Below the pieces are notes generated by a model. That model was not told where the DNA came from. It saw nothing but the letters and a program-made list of their open reading frames with translations, and ran no database searches. A DNA stretch of 63,795 nucleotides, counting the filler, from Squatina squatina (lineage: Eukaryota), in NCBI GenBank assembly GCA_031763465.1. It is 4 parts of 4 records of this genome, joined end to end, with 100 filler letters (N's around TTAATTAATTAA, not from the genome) between each part and the next. Parts side by side here need not be neighbours in the genome. Positions count along the whole stretch, not along the records: positions 23,088 to 37,896 come from JARFOE010000176.1; 3 more parts are not named here. One strand, 5' to 3'. Positions 24,031 through 35,941 of the stretch are shown here, one piece after another (within the stretch, counting starts at the first letter, position 1; each line of letters begins with the position of its first letter). The position numbers and the translations under genes were made by a program.

Positions 24031-25656
24031 NNNNNNNNNNNNNNNNNNNNNNNNNNNNNNNNNNNNNNNNNNNNNNNNNNNNNNNNNNNNNNNNNNNNNN
24101 NNNNNNNNNNNNNNNNNNNNNNNNNNNNNNTAATATTCATCATTAAACTAGTGTAGAAAGTCGACTTTTGCAAGTGGATACAGTGTAATTACTTTTTGTT
24201 TGTTCTATTTTGGTGTTTGCCAGTTCAAATGTTAACAATACATTTTTGGCACTGACATGTTGAGAATGCACGCCACATCTGTCCGCAAAACATCTGGCTC
24301 CTATTTAAAGACCAATTATAATTATTCCTCTTTCAGGAGATAAGTTGCAATAAACACCAGACATTTTATTATTAAATAAACAAAAGCTGACTGACTCCTT
24401 TGCAGCATAGCACTCTATTACTATTTTAAGTGGAGCACAAGGGAATGATATTTTAAATATTTTTTTGGATACTTGACGAAAGGGTTTGTCTGTAACCAGC
24501 AGTAAGACACATTGTAAAAAGAGTCTTCTCAAAATGTTATTTAGCCATTGAGACTGTGTGCCATTTGAGATTGCTTATTCTTTCAGAATTGAAACTTTCT
24601 GTCAGTGTGATCTTTTATCTCAAAGTCTCCACAATGTTGGGAATGTTAAGCTGTTTTTTCAAGGGCAAAAAAGTAGTTACGCAATCCATGACTAATCATA
24701 TTTTTTTGCTTATCAGCACTGTTCCACCAAGAAAGATCGAACATACTTTATTGATGTCAACAGGAGACAGGTACATCGTCACAGATGGGCTGAGCCAGAG
24801 ATTTGCCAGGTCAGTTTGAGCCTGAGGCAACCTAGAGCTCCANNNNNNNNNNNNNNNNNNNNNNNNNNNNNNNNNNNNNNNNNNNNNNNNNNNNNNNNNN
24901 NNNNNNNNNNNNNNNNNNNNNNNNNNNNNNNNNNNNNNNNNNTGGGTGAGCTGACTATTGGTATGTGGTACGTTTAATAGCCGTGGCAGCGTGAATCTTA
25001 GAATGAGGCCTGACCACGATAATGGTTTGGCCCTTCCAGTGACATCAGTGTGCAGGTGAAGCGGATGCCCCACCCACCTTCCATTCCAATGCCGAAATCT
25101 ACCCCAGAAAGTGCCAGGACAAGCAATTACCTTACTTTCATTCAGACTGTACTGCTTTATAAAAAGTTTCAAATGAGTAAGCAGGTAAACCTGTGGATTT
25201 GGTATTAACCTCTCCAATGAATTAGATTTCGTTGAAATGTTCTAATTACTGTATTATTAAACTTGAAAGGTTTATTTTCAAAGTTAATGGGGACTCTTTG
25301 AAAGTGCTCCTGTCCATACACAACATGTGACCATTACATTGTAGGTTAAAATTGTGGGAACTACCTTTCTCCTGGGATTGAGCACATTTGGAATAGATTT
25401 CACTTGAAACAGCACAATTATTCTATGAATTTATGGCTTAAAATCTAAAAGCCAGCCACTGGTGCTGATTAAATGTCAACTCAGGAACAATTCACTTTAA
25501 TTTCTGTGTCAGCACACTCCCCTATTGATGAGCTGAAAGAAAAATTGCCCACCAGTGTATATAAAGATATTCCTGTTAATACACACACAGGCAGCTAATA
25601 AATAGACATGTTCCTCATCACAATTAAACAACTCTGAAAGAATCTTAAGAAGCAAA

Positions 25657-27068
25657 GGGTCAGATTTTGCTGATTCACACCCACACGGTGCAGAGGGTCC
25701 CGGGAGACGGCGGGAAGCCCAGAAAGTCGGGTTTCCCAGCATGCTGTGGAGTTTCACAGCGTGCATGCAATGTCAGGGGCGGGTTCCTTAACTGGAAGTC
25801 AGCCTGACTGACAGGCTGGCTTCCAGTTAGGCGGTGAACACTGAAGTAGAAGCCGCAGCCCCACGTAGGTCCAAGACCTAGGGTGGGGTGGGGGGGGGAG
25901 GTTCGATCCCAGGGTTGGGGTTTTTAATGGGCAGGGGGTGAAGGTGTGGGAGCTTGGGATGCCAGGGGGAAGCACTCATGCTCCTCCTGGCCCACAAGGT
26001 TTGCTCCCAGAGGCTGTCTTCACCTCACTGCAGCTGCGGGGATTCCCCTGACTGGCCACAGTCAATTGCACCCTGCACCATGGGAAAGTCTGCTATCCTG
26101 GCAAAGCCACATGCTCACTCTGCCTGCTTCTTTCTGGCAAGAGAGAAGGAAATATATTCAGCTCTCCTTGCATAAAGAGCCCCACTCACCACCTTTATAC
26201 AGGAGTATGGGATAGGTTACAGAGGTTGCCTGCTCCAGCCTGGAAGGAGCCCAATGCGAAGAAGTTCAAGGCCACAGTCACTTTTAAAGTCACTGGCAAC
26301 ACCGCCCTCACCCTGGACTGAGGCTGCAGGTCTGCCTGCAGCAGGTAACAGATTTCTGTGAGCACCTTCTTAGTAAAACAGAGACATCACACGCACTGTT
26401 CATCACTGAGGTTGAGGTAGGAGAATTGCTCCTTGAAGACACTGGATGGATATGGCTTCCTGCTAAGAGCCCTTCTCCCCCTCTACTCTTGCCTCTTCAA
26501 GCAGCTTGTCCTGTTCTGTGTCACCTCTGCTCATTCTCCCTGTCATGGTGCAGGCCAAGGGGATTACAAACTACTGCACCCATCTCTGGGAGCAGCTGGT
26601 CTGAGCAGACCCCTTGCAAGTCAGGACCAAGTTCTTGAGCACATGTCACACCATTCCTTGTAGATTTTAGGCAACTTTAAAGAAGTCAAGAAAGCACCAA
26701 ACACTTCTACAAACTCAGCAACAGCTAGTAGAAATCAATCAGCAATTAACCTGTAAGTAGGTGATGATCCCTTTAAATAGCACTGGTGTTGGGACTTTTC
26801 TGATCCTGAATGCATGTTCAGCTGTGTGAGGTTCAGAGAGGGTGTTAGCTCCAGCACTGAGATCGAAAATGGCAGCGCTAGCGTCAAATCAACGTGTAAC
26901 GTCACTACCTTCCTACTCTGCATACTAACAACACATACGCCCAGTTCTGACGCTAACGCCCTCATCAAAATGGCATCTGGCGCAGACGGCAGAAGTGTGC
27001 GCGCACTGCTCAGATGCCAGTTCGGACACAAAATGGCATCCATAATGCCAAAAAGCCAGGTGCAACGG
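25657..27068 (-). mobile_element. Degenerate Harbinger DNA transposon with HARBI1-like transposase N-terminal fragment
   Basis: Minus strand ~26470-26220 reads ALSRKPYPSSVFKEQFSYLNLSDEQCV*CLCFTKKVLTEICYLLQADLQPQSRVRAVLPVTLKVTVALNFFALGSFQAGAGNLC, with an in-frame stop. TIR-like start gggtcagatttt. Confidence 0.75.
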
Positions 27069-27204
27069 NNNNNNNNNNNNNNNNNNNNNNNNNNNNNNNN
27101 NNNNNNNNNNNNNNNNNNNNNNNNNNNNNNNNNNNNNNNNNNNNNNNNNNNNNNNNNNNNNNNNNNNNAAGTATATTTTTATACAATATAAAAGATGTTT
27201 TTTT

Positions 27205-27761
27205 TAATTCTTCATCTTCATCCTAGTACAATGGAGATGTTGCATGCACTATTCCTGGCTGAGGTTGACATAAGAGAATTGGTCCCTGAAGACCCTGGGT
27301 GGATATAGCCTCCTGCTGAGTGCCCATCACGCCCTTCTCCTTCTGCCTCTTCTAACAGCTTGTCCTGCACTGTGTCACCTCTGCTCATTCTCCCTGTCAT
27401 GCTGCAGGCCGAGGAGAATACAAACTACAGCACCCTGGGAGCAAATGGCCTGAGCAGACCCCTTGCAAGTCAGCTCCAAGTCCTTTAGCACATGCCACAC
27501 CACTCCTTGTAGACTTGAGGCAACTTTAAAAAAGTCTGGAATGCTCCAAATACTTCTACAAACCGCAACAGCGAGTATAAATCAATCAACAACTATCTTG
27601 TAGGTAGGTGATGATTCCTTTAAATAGCACTGGTGTGGGGGCATTCATGCTGCTGAACACATGTTCAACTGTGCGAGGTTAAACAAAGGCGATAGCTCCA
27701 GTGTTTTGGTTGAAAATGGCAACGCCAGCACTAAGTCAGTGTTACACGCTGACTGATAGCA
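27205..27761 (-). mobile_element. Second copy of the same Harbinger family
   Basis: Aligns with 26380-26920 (shared tgtcacctctgctcattctccctgtcatg and ctgagcagaccccttgcaagtcag); reads ALSRRLYPPRVFRDQFSYVNLSQE*C. Confidence 0.75.
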
Positions 27762-28764
27762 NNNNNNNNNNNNNNNNNNNNNNNNNNNNNNNNNNNNNNN
27801 NNNNNNNNNNNNNNNNNNNNNNNNNNNNNNNNNNNNNNNNNNNNNTCTGTAAATTCGCCAGGTTCCTGCAAATCCCAATAGAATCTGAAGTCAAATGCAT
27901 CTTTTCATGGCTGTTTCTAGCGCCATCAAATAGCACTTATGCTGTCACACATTAAAAGCCAGCAATGTCGAACTGTAAACCGTCTTTAAATGTAACACTG
28001 TCGCCAACAGATGGCATTATATGCTTACATCACTATTAGGGCTCTTGCCCCCATTCCACTCCCTATCATTTTTACTGTTTATTTTTGGGCCAATTTATTT
28101 TTAAGCAATTTTTTAAAAAATGGTTTAAATATTGTTGCTCTCAAAACTGAACTAAAAATCAGAATTAGTAACATGACAAATTAGTAAGATTACACGGAGT
28201 TATAGTCTGAGTGTCTGCTTTTGTGTAAAATGTTAAAATGCTAACATATTAGCAAAAGCAGAGCCATTCAGCCTACGGAGCCTGCTCCACCTTTTAGCTG
28301 TAGCAGCTCTCGATGTTTTTAATCCCAATTTGCTGTCCTCTTTCCATAACCTTTAATATTCTGACTTCCTAAATATCTACCTTTTTAAACAACTCAAATC
28401 AATTCTGCATCTAAGGCCTTCTGCAGCAGTCTGTTCTGCATTCTCACAACCCTATGTGTTAAGATCTTTTTTTATAGATTCACTTTTAATTGACTGAGTC
28501 TTCTTTGGCAACAATGGAAACTCTGCATTATTGACCCATTCAGAATCTGCTCATTTCATTTACTAATTCACTAACGTACAGAAAGCTTGAAACTGTTAAG
28601 AGGATTAAGTAGTTGTTCTTGAAGGCTGTTTTTCCTAATTACTACATGGCAATCTTTATAATCCTCATTGCAGTTCTCCTGCACTAGTTGTAATTAGCCC
28701 AAACTCAGGGAGCGATAGACGGGGAACAAATGCCCCAGTGTTGGAAGGTGATGCTGATACTCAC

Positions 28765-28821
28765 CGCATTCGGTCCTCCGCAGCCTCCCAGGATCAGGAT
28801 AGTTTCGTGATCAATAATAAT
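28765..28821 (-). CDS. FBXO42: F-box only protein 42, 57-nt internal kelch exon
   Basis: Acceptor ttttattttag and donor gtgagt. Encodes IIIDHETILILGGCGGPNA versus recalled human IVIDDATILILGGCGGPNA. Confidence 0.85.
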
Positions 28822-29129
28822 CTAAAATAAAAGTTAGAACTTTTTTTTGTTAAATTCAGGTCATTGTCGATCTGTGAATACCTCACAGAGGTTACATTAC
28901 TCATGTTCTCTTGACAACTCCTTTCCAAAGCTGCTTTTAAAATATAGGGCACATTCTTTTGTGCGTACACGCTGACCCATTTAAATCAAAGGCAGAATTG
29001 TGTTTACTGTTCGACCACAAACGAACATTGCAAACCAGGACTCGTACAGTACCCGAGGCGTTGAAATTCTTACTTTATAGGGATCAACGCACAGAGGTGA
29101 TGTATTCTGCATATGTAATTAAACTAAGA

Positions 29130-29577
29130 AAGAACTTGCAATTATATAGTGCCTTTCACAACCTCAGGATGTCTCAAAGTGCTTTACAGTCAATGAAGTC
29201 CTTTTGAAGTGTTGTAATCTAGGAAAAGCAGCAACATATTGCACACAGCAAGGTCCCACAGATCTCATGAGATAATGACCAGATAATCATTTTTAGTGAT
29301 TTTGGTTGAGGGATAAAGGTCGGCCAGGACACTGGGAGAACTTCTTTGCTCTTCTTCAAATACTGCTGTGGGATCTTTAACGTCCACCCGAGAGGGCAGG
29401 CATGGCCTCGGTTTAACGTCTCACTTAAAAGACAGCATTTTTGACAGTGTGGCGCTCCCTCAGTATTACACTGAAGTGTCAGCTTAGATTTTGTGCTCAA
29501 GTCTCTGGAGTGGGACTAGAATCCATGACCTTCTGACTCAGAGGTGAGAATTCTGCCACTGAACCAAAACTGACACC
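29130..29577 (-). mobile_element. Near full-length Deu-domain SINE (SacSINE1-like)
   Basis: tRNA-like head (ggtgtcagttttggttcagtgg...ctgagtcagaagg), central Deu-like body and L2-like tail ...ctatataattgcaagttctttctt. Confidence 0.8.
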
Positions 29578-29593
29578 TTCATACATTAAACTA

Positions 29594-29726
29594 TACACTG
29601 GGACCCCGCTATTGCGCTGAACTCGGTTTAACGCGGGTCTGTCTTGGACCCCATTTAAACCAGTGCTTTAAAAGGCCCTTGCTATTAACACTGTTTTGGC
29701 TATAACGCAGTCCCGCGATATGGGCC
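29594..29726. mobile_element. Possible Tigger/pogo-type MITE end
   Basis: Starts TA-cactgggaccccgctattgcg and has repeated taacgc motifs resembling pogo/Tigger subtermini. Confidence 0.35.
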
Positions 29727-29882
29727 CTGCTGTAGCAGGTGTCCCTGATGACTACGTGTGCAGGAAATGTGTCCAGCTGCAGCTCCTGGCAGACCGCATT
29801 GAACTGTTGGATTCATACTGGAGCATCCGCGATGCTGAGAAAGTCGTGAATAGCACGTTCAGTGAGTTGGCCACACCGCAGG
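29727..29882 (+). mobile_element. CR1 LINE ORF1 fragment (zinc finger / leucine zipper)
   Basis: VPDDYVCRKCVQLQLLADRIELLDSYWSIRDAEKVVNSTFSELATPQ. Confidence 0.75.
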
Positions 29883-29982
29883 NNNNNNNNNNNNNNNNNN
29901 NNNNNNNNNNNNNNNNNNNNNNNNNNNNNNNNNNNNNNNNNNNNNNNNNNNNNNNNNNNNNNNNNNNNNNNNNNNNNNNNNN

Positions 29983-30215
29983 CCCCAATGTCCTTTAGCG
30001 AAGGAAACCTGCCATCCTTAAGCAGTCTAGTCTATATGTCATTACAGTCTCACACAAACATGGTTGACTCTGAACTGCCCTCTGAAGTGGCTTAACAATC
30101 CTCTCGGTTGTATCAGACTGTTACCAAGAAGGCCCACCTCCACCTTCTTGGGGCGATTAGAGATGGACAATAAATGGCGGCTTTGCCAATGATGTCCATA
30201 TCCTGAGAATGAATA
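29983..30215 (+). mobile_element. SINE/LINE 3' tail
   Basis: gaaggaaacctgccatcc...caccttcttggggc...caataaatggcggctttgcc...catatcctgagaatgaat; similar tail at ~33270-33330. Confidence 0.55.
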
Positions 30216-30343
30216 TTGCACGACAGTCTCCTAGAACATCGATGCAGCTATGCTGTATAGTTCATTTTTACTAATTTGCTTATTTATAGGCACGTCTATT
30301 ACGGATTTGATTTAATGGATTTGTTGCCCTGTTTCTATGGTAG

Positions 30344-30459
30344 ATAATGCCTTGCCTAATATGGAAACTGCTCGCAGGCCATCGCATGGCCGGAAGGTCC
30401 TGGACATTGAAGTGTATTCCAGCAGGTCAAAAGTCTATGTTGCTGTTGATGGAACCACA
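30344..30459 (+). CDS. POMGNT1: Protein O-linked mannose beta-1,2-N-acetylglucosaminyltransferase 1, stem-region exon
   Basis: tag|ATAAT...ACA|gtaagt. Encodes (D)[38 protein letters not shown] versus human [22 protein letters not shown]. Confidence 0.93.
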
Positions 30460-31069
30460 GTAAGTAGCTTTTCACTGCTTTATTTAATCTGGTCAGTACA
30501 CTCCAGCACACTCCAATATTGTTCCTAACACTGACTTACTGGAGACATGGGTAAGNNNNNNNNNNNNNNNNNNNNNNNNNNNNNNNNNNNNNNNNNNNNN
30601 NNNNNNNNNNNNNNNNNNNNNNNNNNNNNNNNNNNNNNNNNNNNNNNNNNNNNNNACTAGGAGTTTGCTTCCAGCAGAGATTATTGGAAGGCAAACAAGA
30701 GCAAAAACATTGCCGTTTTTTAAAAAAACCCTTGCCGATCCAGTGGATACTGAGGTCAAAACTGGGACCTAACTTCTTCAAATTTTTTTTTCAGGAACGG
30801 GATTACACTACTACAAGATATATATTTTTACCACTTCTATATTAAATTTTTAACTACATTTCCTTCTTAAAGGACTTTTTCATCTATTGTGTAATAACAA
30901 AAGGACTGTTGAGATGTCCCTCACGTGGTTAGGAGTACATTTTTGTTAAAGTAGCAGTTACCAGCTCTGAAGGAAATAAATGGCAATGAATTCTGGGCCA
31001 ATTCTTTTGTTGAGGGAAAGCGCAGAAGATCAACGAATATCTAATAGTTTGTGTGCATTTCTTTTGAAG

Positions 31070-31197
31070 ATGCTGAGTGCCACTGGGCAGACACAGATGC
31101 CAATCGAAGGAGGAAGACTTTCTGCAGCAAAGTGGAAGGATATGGGAGCATCTGCAGCTGTAAGGATCCAGCACCTATTGCATTTAATCCTGAGGCT
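31070..31197 (+). CDS. POMGNT1: POMGNT1 internal exon (128 nt)
   Basis: aag|ATGCT...GCT|gtaagt. Encodes [42 protein letters not shown]. Confidence 0.93.
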
Positions 31198-32379
31198 GTA
31201 AGTTTTTTTTATCCCCCTTGAACTGCTTTATCACCTGATGCTTTCAATATATTCAGTCAATCAGTAGTGGCTGCTATGGTTGTAATAGACTTGGTAAGAT
31301 AACAGCGTGGCTGCACCTGGTCAACGTAGGATTGATCAGATTGTTCACTGAATAAATCGCATCATCTCGGGCAATCTTGACTTGCTCAGCCCGGCAAGCA
31401 TGTGGTCATCCTAGCAGAGGCTTCTATTCAATACTCTGGGACATTCCCCACGACATGTCATCTGATCGTCTCTGTCTGGAGTGGTAGGTGTCCATAGGTG
31501 AGACAGTGAATAAAAAGAGAGATCTAGCTGAGAACAGAGCTGGAAGATATTAATGAGCTGTTGCTATAGACAGGTGGCACATCAAACTGACCAAGAGCAA
31601 TTGTCTTTCAAACTTTCTTCTTCCCCCCCTCNNNNNNNNNNNNNNNNNNNNNNNNNNNNNNNNNNNNNNNNNNNNNNNNNNNNNNNNNNNNNNNNNNNNN
31701 NNNNNNNNNNNNNNNNNNNNNNNNNNNNNNNAACTGCTTATGAATAGTTAATGAGAAACCATAATGACCTAATAAAAACCTAATCAGCTTGCTTAGACTA
31801 ATTGTGGACTGTTGTTTATACCCAGCTTGTGGCCTAGGATGTGAAACAAGAGAGAAATTAGTGTCATTGAATCTAAGAGCACTTTGTGTGCATACTTGAC
31901 CTATTGAGCACAGTTGACCTGTGAGTGGTTGAGTATAAGGGTTGTGCTGTCTAATAAGCCAGGGCTTATCTGTGAGGGTTGTTGCAAGTATAATTGTCAG
32001 AATATTTCTAATGGCAGTGTTCACAGTGAATCAGAGGATATACTAATCTAAAATAGAGTTGTGTGCAAAGTATGAATGGTCAGTCTCGGTAAAAACAACA
32101 GGAACCATGTATTCATTCTTACAGACCTAAAGCTTTTAATATAGATAGAACTTTAATATATGAATACTTCTTTATTTAAAATTGGGTGGGGTTATTAGAT
32201 TTTTAAAGGTTAAGTAGAGGGCTATCTCTTTGTTAATTGGAGTATATTTTGAAGGATGTCCCCCAAAGCTGAAGTGGCACAGCCAGAACGGTCCTGGCAC
32301 TGACACCATGGGCAAGCATCGTAGTATACACTGACACAACTGCTATCCAAAGCAAAGCCATTCAATAACGCACACTCGC

Positions 32380-32489
32380 AACCACAGCGTACAAAACCCC
32401 GTGTACATTGTTATTACTGTGAATGCCCATGTACCAAACACAGGGTATACAACACCATGTACATTGTTATTACTGTGAATGCCCATGTA
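32380..32489 (+). repeat. ~56-bp tandem duplication
   Basis: tgtacattgttattactgtgaatgcccatgta occurs twice in tandem. Confidence 0.8.
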
Positions 32490-32849
32490 TTGGTGTACAA
32501 TAACCAAAGAACAATTAGAGAAAATCAATGGAGAACACCTAATATTTTTTCCCAGTAGTTCTTTTTCGATGACATATATTTCTTCAGTGACTACTCGCAA
32601 CACCATTAAAAAGTGATTTTTATTGCTTAATCTCTGCTGCTCGTATCCTATCTTGCGCTCAATTCCACTCACCCATTCTTGCAGGCCTATATTTGATTCC
32701 GTTCCCCAGCCCCTCAAATTAAACGTCCTCATTCTTGTGTTCAAACCATGTCATGGCCTCACTCGTCCCTATCTCTGACTCCCTTCTGGTTTACACTCCC
32801 CAAAACTTTCCATTACTCTGACTCTACCATCACAGTCCCCCTCCATCAA

Positions 32850-33330
32850 TATCTTGGAAGTTCACCATTGACCAGAAGTTTAACTGAACCAGCCATATCA
32901 ATACAGTAGCGACATGAGCAGAGCAGGGACTGGGTACTCTATGATAAGTACTCCTGACCTAACCCTCCACCCTAGGGCCAAGTCAGGGGTGTAATGGAAT
33001 ACTCTCACACACCGTGGCTACAGTATATATGACTAACAGAATGTGCTGCAGTAACTCACCGAGCTTACTTTGATGGAACCTCTCTTGCCTGCAACTTGTA
33101 CCACTAAGCAGGAGCAGCAATGTTGTGGGAACTCCATCACCTCCCAAGTCACACACCATCCTGATTTGGGCACCTATTGCCATTTCTTCATTGTTGCTGG
33201 GTCAATAGCCTGGGATTCCCTACCTAATACTATTGTGGGAGCCTGGTCACCATAAGGACTGCAGCAGGAGAAGGCGGCCCTCCACCATCAGTCCTGCAGC
33301 AGTCACCTATATCCCGAGAACAAACAAAAA
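32850..33330 (+). mobile_element. Degenerate non-LTR retrotransposon 3' fragment
   Basis: Sequence ccattgaccagaag...gccatatcaatacagtagc...caagtcaggggtgtaatggaatactct resembles an RT thumb (AQVRSVMEYS-like). Related minus-strand copy at ~54090-54560. Confidence 0.55.
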
Positions 33331-33878
33331 AGAATGCATCTGTTAATATTACCAACTGTAATTTCTAGGCTCAGTGATTGTTAGATGGGTACTATCTTGC
33401 AAATATTTCTTCAATTAACTGCAATTTTGTTTCTACCCAGTGCTTAGTGTATTTTTAAAATTTCCTTAACCATTGTGCGCACTTCATGTATGCAGACAAA
33501 AGTAAACTAGTTTTTGTTTGGAGCTCAATTTGCATATCAATAATTTGGCAACTGTACAGACATTGAACTTGAAGTTCAAGGACATTGTTTTTTCAAATCT
33601 TCAGACGTGGTATATATGATGAGGTGTGAATTTGCATTCTCCATTTTCCAAATAAAATAATTGAGGAGTTTGTCTTTTGGAAGGCTTCCTTACTGCAGGT
33701 GGTGCACAAGTCTGATTGGCATTGAAACAGAACCAGGACAAGTAGCCTGTACACCACACCCCTGCAGCTCGGGTCTGTTATTTGGCATAGAGAGACCTGG
33801 AGAAAATAAAATCATTACTAGCTGTCTTCAGACTTTATTTGAAGAAGTTCTTGATCTTTGTTTCTGACTTCTTTACAG

Positions 33879-34004
33879 CTCTGGGACTGGGACATGTGGG
33901 TGAGAATGCCTGAGCAAAGAAAAGGTCGGGAGTGTATTATCCCAGATGTATCAAGATCTTACCATTTTGGCATTGTTGGACTCAATATGAATGGATATTT
34001 CCAT
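33879..34004 (+). CDS. POMGNT1: POMGNT1 catalytic-domain exon (126 nt)
   Basis: cag|CTC...CAT|gtgagt. Encodes [42 protein letters not shown]. Confidence 0.95.
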
Positions 34005-34376
34005 GTGAGTAAGAGGTAGTGTTGTATTAGTAATTATGAATGTAAAACTGCTCTGACAGGATACTTGAGGGATGGTCAGGCCAATTGTTCTGTTGCTGCT
34101 GCTGTAACAGCTGATAGAAGCTGCAAACCTTCTTGGTTTGTTGGCTTTTGCACATAAGAACACCCTTCACAATATTGTTTTNNNNNNNNNNNNNNNNNNN
34201 NNNNNNNNNNNNNNNNNNNNNNNNNNNNNNNNNNNNNNNNNNNNNNNNNNNNNNNNNNNNNNNNNNNNNNNNNNNNNNNNNNNNNNNNNNNNNNNNNNNN
34301 NNNNNNNNNNNNNNNNNNNNNNNNNNNNNNNNNNNNNNNNNNNNNNNNNNNNNNNNNNNNNNNNNNNNNNNNNNNN

Positions 34377-34958
34377 TATTAGCAGGCATAGAATTTAAGA
34401 GCAGGGACTGTATAAAACACTAGTTAGGTCATAGTTAGAGTACTGCGTGCAGTTCTGATCACCAAATTACAGGAAAGGTGTGATTGCACTAGAGAGGGTA
34501 CAGAGGATATTTACGAGGATGTTGCCTGGACTGGAGACTTTTAGTCATGAGGAAAGATTGGATAGGCTGGGGTTGTTTTCTTTGGAAGAGAGGAGGCGGA
34601 GACTAATTGAGGTGCATAAAATTATGAGGGGTCTAGATAGAGTAGATATGAAGGTCGTATTCCCCTTGGCTGAGGGACCAATAACCAGGGGGCACAGATT
34701 TAAGGTACGAGGTTTAGAGGGGACATTTTTTCACGCAGGGGGTGGTGGGGATCTAGAACTCACTGCCTGAGAGGGTGGTAGAGGCAGAAACCCTCATAAC
34801 ATTTAAAAAGTACTTGGATGTGCACTTGAGGTGCCGTGGTCTACAGGGCTACAGACCAAGAGCTGGAAAGTAGAATTAGTTTGGAAAACTCTTAGTCGGC
34901 CAGCGCGGACATGATGGTTGAATGGCCTCCTTCCGTGCTGTAAATTTCTATGATTCTA
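34377..34958 (+). mobile_element. CR1 LINE 3' portion
   Basis: IALERVQRIFTRMLPGLETFSHEERLDRLGLFSLEERR...TRGHRFK; ends ttctatgattcta. Confidence 0.88.
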
Positions 34959-35369
34959 GAATAACTCTGGTAGTGAATTCTGCAGTCTTACAACCCTTAT
35001 GTAAAAAAAGATTCTCCTGTTCACTGTCCTAAATCTTAAATTATTTCCCATCATCCTAGACCCTTGAACTACCAGAATTACAGTAGTCTGTTTTTATTTA
35101 TCCTGTCCCATCCATTCTTAATTTTAAACATTTCTAAAGGAGCCTGTGCTGGTAAAGTGAGCATTATCTCACTTGGTGCACCAATGCCGTTATTAAGAAG
35201 TCAAGTTTAATAAGTCTTGGTTAAAGGACTTGTCACCCTAAAAGCTGTTGTTGATCAATCTGTCCTGTAATAGTCAACTAACTAAAATGAGTTTACCCTC
35301 GCACACAATGTCTCTCTGTTTCTGTAGACTATCCGAGTTACTGTTACTAATTGCTTATTATTCCTACAG

Positions 35370-35505
35370 TGAAGCCAAGGTTCTAGACCACAGCAAAAAC
35401 CCCTGTGAAGATAGTTTTATTCCAGACACTGAAGGAAAAATCTACATTATGTATATTAGAATGGAACAGGAAGCTGATTTTACAACATGGACACAGTTAG
35501 CCAAG
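35370..35505 (+). CDS. POMGNT1: POMGNT1 late exon (136 nt)
   Basis: cag|TGAA...AAG|gtaag. Encodes [45 protein letters not shown]. Confidence 0.95.
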
Positions 35506-35941
35506 GTAAGCTTGAAATGTGCTTGGTTTAAAAAAAAATTATAGCTGACCATGGGCTGAATTTTCCTCATCAGGGAAGAGTTTCAGTGTGAGTAGAAGAG
35601 TGCCTCCGTGACGTGGGTGGTGGTGAAGGGTGGGCAATATTAATAATCCTAATTTAGAAGTTGTGTATTTAAAACTTAATAGACACCATATTCATATGAA
35701 TGTGAATCAAAGCTGTGTTAAGGCACCAATTCTCTGTATGTTCTAATGGCTCAATTCAGACAGCTAACTCTCCTTTTGTGGGAGGGGTTATTGATTTCAG
35801 GCAACAGACCAGACAACATCTTCATACCTTAATCTAAACATCNNNNNNNNNNNNNNNNNNNNNNNNNNNNNNNNNNNNNNNNNNNNNNNNNNNNNNNNNN
35901 NNNNNNNNNNNNNNNNNNNNNNNNNNNNNNNNNNNNNNNNN

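Noticed and set aside
24696-25217. 173-aa minus-strand ORF as further FBXO42 exons
   Set aside because: It spans an N gap and does not match the recalled FBXO42 sequence.
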